From Candidatus Rokuibacteriota bacterium (GTDB lineage Bacteria > Methylomirabilota > Methylomirabilia > Rokubacteriales > CSP1-6): 11,014 bases of DNA. Position numbers and translations under genes: made by a program. Positions 6,625-11,014 of this stretch are shown here, one piece after another (within the stretch, counting starts at the first letter, position 1; each line of letters begins with the position of its first letter). The notes below the pieces were generated by a model. The model saw only the letters and a program-made list of their open reading frames with translations. It was not told where the DNA came from and did not search any database. Location: assembly GCA_016184305.1 (NCBI GenBank), contig JACPCX010000090.1:1-11014 (forward strand), in the 5' to 3' direction.

Positions 6625-8114
6625 CGAGCCTGGGAGGATTCGCGCGGCAGCAGGCCCGCCGCTTCGGCGACACGCCGCTGTTCTTCTCCGGCGATGAGGT
6701 CGTCAGTTACCGCGGCTATGACGAGCGCACCGACCGCCTGGCCGGCGGTCTCGCCCGGCTGGGCCTGCGCCGGGGAGACCGGATGGCCGTGCTCCTCCCC
6801 AATGGGCTCCCCATCCTCGAGGCCTACATGGGGGCGGCGAAGGTCGGGGCGGCCTCGGTGCCGCTCAATCCCATGTTCACGCCGCGGGAGATCGAGTACG
6901 TCGTCAACAACTCGCGGGCGAAGGTCATGATGGCCTCCCCGCGCGATGCGGAGCGGGTGCAGGCGATTCGCGACCGGCTGCCGTCCCTCGCCCACGTGGT
7001 GGTGGCGGGCGAGGCCGTGGCCGGCACGCTCCCCTACTCTCAGGTGGCGAGCGCGGCGCCCCTCGAGGTCACCGCCCCCGTGGACGGCGACGACGTGGCG
7101 ATGATCGCCTACACCTCGGGCACCACGGGCCACCCCAAAGGCGCCATGCTCACCCACGCCGGGCTCCTCGACAACGCCGCCGCCGTGGTCGAGGCGGTGG
7201 GCTTCCGTGACGCCGACCGCTCGCTCTGCATCCTGCCCCTCTTCCACGTGTTCGCCATCGCGTTCGACTATCTCCAGATGATGACGGTGGGAGCCTCCAG
7301 CGTCATCGTCGAGCGCTTCGACGCGGGGGGGGCGCTCCGCCTCATCGAGCGCCACCGCGCCACGGTCCTGGTCGGCGTGCCCACCATGTTCATCTACATC
7401 CTCCGCCACCCCGACCGGCAGCGACACGATCTCTCCTCGCTGCGCATCGGCGACACGGGCGGGGGTCCGGTGCCCACGGCGCTCAAGACCGAGTACGAGC
7501 GCGACATCGGCATGGTGCTGCTCGAGAGCTACGGCCTCACCGAGGCCTCACCCGTGGTGACGATCGAGCGCCCCGGGCTCCCGCGCCGCGAGGGCGCCTG
7601 CGGGCTCACGCTGCCGGGGATGGAGACGAAGGTGGTGGACGCCACGGGGCAGGAGGTCCCGCCCGGGGAGCTGGGCGAGATGCTGGTGCGCGGCCCCAAC
7701 GTGATGAAGGGCTACTTCGAGATGGCCGAGGCCACGACCCGGACCATCGTGGACGGGTGGCTCCACACCGGCGACCTCATGCGCAAGAACGCCGACGGCC
7801 ACGTCTACATGGTGGACCGCCTCAAGCACATGATCATCTGTGGCGGCTACAACATCTACCCCAAGGAGATCGAGAACGTGCTCCACGACCACCCGGCGGT
7901 GCTCGAGTGCGCGGTGGTCGGCGTCCCGGACGAGGACAAGGGCGAGATCCCCAAGGCCTGCATCGTGCTCCGCGAGGGCGCGCACGCCACCGAGGCGGAG
8001 ATCAAGCAGTTCTGCCGCGAGTCCCTCGCCGCCTACAAGGTCCCGCGCGTCGTGAAGTTCCTGGCGAGCCTGCCCAAGACCGCCACCGGGAAGATCCGCA
8101 AGGGCGAGCTGTAA
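6621..8114 (+). CDS. Acyl-CoA synthetase / fatty-acid-CoA ligase (AMP-binding, class I adenylate-forming)
   Basis: YTSGTTGHPKG, LPLFH, SYGLTE, GPNVMKGY, GWLHTGD, DRLK..I..GG.NIYP.EIE and LPKTATGKI. ATGA overlap with the upstream stop and a GGAGG RBS. Confidence 0.95.
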   Translation: MTSLGGFARQQARRFGDTPLFFSGDEVVSYRGYDERTDRLAGGLARLGLRRGDRMAVLLPNGLPILEAYMGAAKVGAASVPLNPMFTPREIEYVVNNSRAKVMMASPRDAERVQAIRDRLPSLAHVVVAGEAVAGTLPYSQVASAAPLEVTAPVDGDDVAMIAYTSGTTGHPKGAMLTHAGLLDNAAAVVEAVGFRDADRSLCILPLFHVFAIAFDYLQMMTVGASSVIVERFDAGGALRLIERHRATVLVGVPTMFIYILRHPDRQRHDLSSLRIGDTGGGPVPTALKTEYERDIGMVLLESYGLTEASPVVTIERPGLPRREGACGLTLPGMETKVVDATGQEVPPGELGEMLVRGPNVMKGYFEMAEATTRTIVDGWLHTGDLMRKNADGHVYMVDRLKHMIICGGYNIYPKEIENVLHDHPAVLECAVVGVPDEDKGEIPKACIVLREGAHATEAEIKQFCRESLAAYKVPRVVKFLASLPKTATGKIRKGEL

Positions 8115-8244
8115 CGCATCTGCCACGACCCCCCCTGAGCCCTGTCTGAAACTTTGGACATTCCCGCGGCGCTGCCGCCGTGGGTAGGCTCGCTCCACGC
8201 GGAATCGCGATCGGCGATCCGCGATCACGTGGAGGGAGCCAGCC

Positions 8245-8481
8245 ATGACGGGCCGCATCGAGTTCTACGACGAGCCCACGGCCTGGGGCGTGATCCTCGG
8301 GGAGGACGGCCGCGTCTATGTCGTCCGCGGCACCCGCGCCCCCGGGTCCGCGCCGCGGGTGGGCGACACGGTGATCTTCGAGCCGCGCGACACGACCACC
8401 GGCCTCCGGGCTGACGCGGTGCGCCGGGTGGCGCCCGCACAGCAGAGCCCGGAGCGCTCGGCTTTCAGGCGGCCGGCGTGA
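8245..8481 (+). CDS. Small cold-shock-domain (OB-fold)-like protein with degenerate RNP motifs
   Basis: 78 aa with a strong RBS (GGAGGGAG, 8231-8238). MTGRIEFYDEPTAWGVILGEDGRVYVV...RVGDTVIFE....GLRADAVR follows the CspA beta-strand pattern (TG.VKWF...KGFGFI...DG..VFVH...EG..V.FE....G..A.NV). Confidence 0.65.
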   Translation: MTGRIEFYDEPTAWGVILGEDGRVYVVRGTRAPGSAPRVGDTVIFEPRDTTTGLRADAVRRVAPAQQSPERSAFRRPA

Positions 8482-8561
8482 GGGCGTTCACCAGGTCGCG
8501 GACGGCGTCCCGGGCCTGCGCGATGGCGCGCAGCCGTCGCGCCGGCTCTACGAGATCGTAT

Positions 8562-8574
8562 TATCAATCTGTTA
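8562..8574 (+). promoter_or_regulatory. IHF-consensus site
   Basis: TATCAATCTGTTA matches WATCAANNNNTTR exactly and sits at the edge of the AT-rich tract. Confidence 0.45.
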
Positions 8575-8611
8575 CGTGATAGACAATCGCGCATCCGTGA
8601 AGAGGCGAGCG

Positions 8612-8620
8612 TGCTACCAT
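8612..8620 (+). promoter_or_regulatory. Putative extended -10 promoter element for the two-gene cassette
   Basis: TG-C-TACCAT (TGnTAnnnT) overlapping the first 18-bp repeat. No clear -35 element. Confidence 0.35.
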
Positions 8621-8689
8621 GTCCGTGATAGTAAACATGTACATGGTAATAATCATGATCATGATATTTCTCATGTCCATGATGGAGAG
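8618..8689. repeat. Four tandem imperfect 18-bp repeats, each starting with a CATGnnCRTG palindrome-like box
   Basis: 8618 CATGTCCGTGATAGTAAA; 8636 CATGTACATGGTAATAAT; 8654 CATGATCATGATATTTCT; 8672 CATGTCCATGATGGAGAG. The period is exactly 18 nt. Confidence 0.85.
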
Positions 8690-8700
8690 GATGCAAGCTC

Positions 8701-9921
8701 ATGGCGCGCATGCAGCCTAAGCCCTCCCTCCATCAGGAGCTGCTCGAGCAGGCGGTCGGCGACGCGTTCCGTCACGCCAGGTGGAAGGTCGTTTCGCGGC
8801 CACGCATCGAGGAGTTGCGCCCCGACCTGCTCGTCCGCCGCGGTGATCGCCAGTACGCCGTGGCAATCAAGAGCTCCTCGGCGCCACGCCGCGATCGCCT
8901 GGTCCCGCTTCTCGCCCAGGCCATTCTGGAGGCGAGAGCGGGCGCCTCGAACGCCGATGTTTCGCCGCGTCCTCAGCCCCTTGCGATTGTTGGCGCCCGA
9001 GGACTGTCGGGCTCGCTTGTCGGCGCCCTTCGATCTTTTGCTGCCCGAGTCGCTCCGGACGTGTCCATTGGCATCATCGACCTCGACGGATCCCGGCACT
9101 TCCTCGGGCCAGACCTGGAGGAACTGAACTCGTCCGCTGTCCGCCTACCAAGCGGCATCTGGCTCCCGCCTCTTGCTCCGCAGCTCCATTTGTTCTCGGA
9201 CCTGAACCGGTGGATGCTGAAGGTTGTACTCGCCCCGGCAATCCCCGAGCCCCTGCTGAACGCTCCGCGCGAGAGACTGGCGAATGTGTCGGAACTGGCA
9301 CGGGTCGCGGGCGTTTCCCCGATGAGCGCCTTCCGCTGCGTCAGGCTGCTGAAGGACGCGGGGTTCATGGATGAGCCATCGCCCATGTTGCGGCTTGCAC
9401 GGGTCGAGGCCCTCCTGGACCGCTGGCGAGCCGAAAGCCTCAAGCCAGTCCCCGAACTGCCGATGCACTGGATCATCCCTGGTAACCGGAGCAGTCAGCT
9501 CTCGGAGGCCGTTCTTGCGTACTCGATGAACTGGGAATCAGCCCGGTCACCCGTTCGGAGCCGGCAGGCAGGGCGCCCGCTGCCCCGTGTTTGCCTCGGG
9601 CTCTTCGCTGCAGCTGACGCGCTCGGATTCGGTTTCGTCCAGGGTGTCGCCCCTCACCTCTATCTCGAGCGGCCCGATCCGCTTGCCCTGGAGCGGCTTG
9701 GCCTCGCCCCCGCCCGTCCAGGTCAACGCATTGACGTGTTCATCCGTATCCCGGCCTTTCGGGAATCGATATTTCGTGCCGCAGTTCAGCGGGATGGAAT
9801 CCCAGTCTGTGACGTCATTCAGGTGTGGCTGGATGTCGCTGATCATCCATCACGGGGCGCGAGTCAGGCCAAGGAGCTCCGACGGGTGCTGGACGCCGCG
9901 TGGAAGCGGGCACCAGGATGA
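8701..9921 (+). CDS. AbiEi-like (type IV toxin-antitoxin antitoxin-like) HTH protein with an N-terminal degenerate PD-(D/E)XK-like segment
   Basis: 406 aa. RPDLLVRRGDRQYAVAIK (restriction-fold-like), HTH NVSELARVAGVSPMSAFRCVRLLKDAGFM, LLDRW, and a C-terminal GIPVCDVIQVWLDVADHPSRGASQA resembling AbiEi_2-type C-termini. RBS GGAGAGG at 8684-8690. Translationally coupled to a nucleotidyltransferase. Confidence 0.65.
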   Translation: MARMQPKPSLHQELLEQAVGDAFRHARWKVVSRPRIEELRPDLLVRRGDRQYAVAIKSSSAPRRDRLVPLLAQAILEARAGASNADVSPRPQPLAIVGARGLSGSLVGALRSFAARVAPDVSIGIIDLDGSRHFLGPDLEELNSSAVRLPSGIWLPPLAPQLHLFSDLNRWMLKVVLAPAIPEPLLNAPRERLANVSELARVAGVSPMSAFRCVRLLKDAGFMDEPSPMLRLARVEALLDRWRAESLKPVPELPMHWIIPGNRSSQLSEAVLAYSMNWESARSPVRSRQAGRPLPRVCLGLFAAADALGFGFVQGVAPHLYLERPDPLALERLGLAPARPGQRIDVFIRIPAFRESIFRAAVQRDGIPVCDVIQVWLDVADHPSRGASQAKELRRVLDAAWKRAPG

Positions 9922-10727
9922 AGGCCGCCGACGAGTCTGCCGCGTTCGCGCGCCTGGTGCTGGCGCTGCGGCCCTACCTGGGCGACCTGGTGCTCATAGG
10001 GGGCTGGGCACAGCGGCTCTTCCGGCTGCACCCGTGGGCGCAGCCGGCCGAATTCCCGCCCCTTCTCACCCAGGACGTCGATGTGGCCATTCCGAAGAAG
10101 CTGAGTCCCCGAGCGGAAGGTCTCCGCACGCTCCTGCGTACGGCCGGATTTACGGAGCGCTTCTTTGGCGAGGACCACCCGCCTGTCACGCACTATCAGC
10201 TCGGCGACGATGCGACCTTCTACGTCGAGTTCCTCACGCCCCTTGTCGGGCCCCCCAAGACGAGTACCAGCAGCGTTGCCGGTGTCGCGGTCCAGCATCT
10301 TCGCCATCTCGCCATCCTGATGATCGAGCCATGGTCGATTTCGCTCAGCCCCCCAGCGTATCCACTCGGCTCGACGCCGATTGAAGTTCGAATCGCGAAC
10401 GCGACAGGGTACCTTGCCCAGAAGCTATTGGTCCTGGACAGGCGCAATCCGGATGACCGCGCGAAGGACATTCTCTATATTCACGACACGCTGCTTACGT
10501 TTGGCCGCTCCTTGGCCGACCTCGAGCGGCTTTGGATTGACCGCGTCGCGCCGGGAATTCACCGGAACGCCGCTCGTATGCTGCGAGGTTCTCCGGGCGC
10601 CCTCTTCTCGCAGACCACCGACCCGGCACGAGCGGCCAGCCGGGTCGCTACGGCCGCCGGGCGGCCGGTCACTCCAGAGGAGATCGCCGCGGTGTGCCGT
10701 ACCGGACTGGCGAGAGTGTTCACTTAG
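9918..10727 (+). CDS. Nucleotidyltransferase-fold protein (AbiEii / GSU2403-like; putative type IV TA toxin)
   Basis: LVLIGGWA (hGG motif), LLTQDVDVAI (TxDxD), VEFLTP and YLAQKL...R....RAKDILYI (K...R..KD). The ATG at 9918 overlaps the upstream TGA (ATGA). Confidence 0.8.
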   Translation: MKAADESAAFARLVLALRPYLGDLVLIGGWAQRLFRLHPWAQPAEFPPLLTQDVDVAIPKKLSPRAEGLRTLLRTAGFTERFFGEDHPPVTHYQLGDDATFYVEFLTPLVGPPKTSTSSVAGVAVQHLRHLAILMIEPWSISLSPPAYPLGSTPIEVRIANATGYLAQKLLVLDRRNPDDRAKDILYIHDTLLTFGRSLADLERLWIDRVAPGIHRNAARMLRGSPGALFSQTTDPARAASRVATAAGRPVTPEEIAAVCRTGLARVFT

Positions 10728-10850
10728 GGCCTGTCACGGAATACGCAACGTGGCTGATGAGCCGCTTGCCGCGCCAGGTCTGGGTGATGAACGAGAAGAG
10801 CGTGTACTCGATCGTGTTCCACTTGCCGGTGCCCGGCGGAAAACTGGACA
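10727..10850 (-). mobile_element. ISAzo13-family insertion-sequence remnant: transposase fragment plus probable terminal inverted repeat
   Basis: The minus frame from 10842 reads FPPGTGKWNTIEYTLFSFITQTWRGKRLISH, matching the ISAzo13 transposase signature HFPPGTSKWNKIEHRLFSFI..NWRG.PL.S. It is followed directly by TATTCCGTGACAGGCCC-TAAG, which resembles ISAzo13-type ends as I recall them. The rest of the transposase is absent. Confidence 0.8.
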
Positions 10851-10949
10851 ATCCATTCGACCACCGGGCCATCCACGGGGCCCCCGTGTAGCATGGCAGC
10901 ATCAGCGGGCGACAGGGCCCCCCGGCGCAGGGTACGATGCGCCGCAATC

Positions 10950-11014
10950 GTGAGCGCCCTCGCCGCCCCTCACCCCGTCCGGCAGCTCGCCCTCCTCGCG
11001 CTGGCCGAGCTCCT
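10950..11014 (+). CDS. Probable MFS transporter, N-terminal start; truncated by the window edge
   Basis: GTG at 10950 gives VSALAAPHPVRQLALLALAEL(L), resembling the first TM helix start of an MFS subfamily (R.LALLALAELL...W). A -10-like TACGAT lies at 10933-10938. Only 21 codons are visible. Confidence 0.45.
   Translation, partial: MSALAAPHPVRQLALLALAEL

Noticed and set aside
4179..7427. 1082-aa minus-strand ORF
   Set aside because: It is the antisense shadow of the tetR/mutase/ligase genes. Long stop-free antisense frames are expected at this GC content, and it has no recognisable motifs.
8508..8631. Possible second IS end or target duplication at the left cassette edge (GGGCCTG at 8512-8518; TCCGTGA.AG shared with the IS end)
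   Set aside because: The matches are only 7-9 nt and their orientations are inconsistent, so they cannot be distinguished from chance.
8618..8689. CRISPR mini-array or type III TA antitoxin RNA interpretation of the repeats
   Set aside because: The unit is only 18 nt with 6 variable nt, far below CRISPR repeat-spacer size, and no cas genes are present. No terminator lies between array and gene, and the downstream proteins are not ToxN/AbiQ-like.
8576..9127. 183-aa plus-strand ORF and 131-aa minus-strand ORF (8316-8711) with His-rich segments as metal-binding proteins
   Set aside because: The His runs are explained by the CATG repeats. The remainder overlaps better-supported genes and looks like off-frame sequence.
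10720..10947. 75-aa minus-strand ORF as an intact gene
   Set aside because: Only its central-to-C-terminal part resembles a transposase. The N-terminal half is unrelated intergenic sequence, so it is treated as a remnant.

Overview
A high-GC bacterial window with two parts. (1) Positions 1-8114 hold a divergently transcribed acyl-CoA catabolic locus. The minus arm runs SDR -> canonical acyl-CoA dehydrogenase -> ACAD10/11(LvaC)-type acyl-CoA dehydrogenase -> APH-type phosphotransferase (cut by the window edge). The plus arm runs TetR regulator -> B12-dependent acyl-CoA mutase large subunit with an atypical active site -> cobalamin-binding small subunit -> acyl-CoA ligase. Two related 14-bp palindromes lie in the shared promoter region. 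The gene set resembles the levulinate/4-hydroxy-acid (lva) module joined to a carbon-skeleton mutase, which suggests an undescribed route for branched hydroxy/oxo acids (inference). (2) Positions 8245-11014 hold a degenerate cold-shock-domain gene and an apparently foreign cassette. The cassette has an AT-rich leader with an IHF-consensus site and four 18-bp-period CATGnnCATG repeats, followed by an AbiEi-like HTH protein and an AbiEii-like nucleotidyltransferase (type IV TA-like pair). An ISAzo13-family remnant and the start of a probable MFS transporter follow. All family assignments come from motif recognition by eye, with no database searches.
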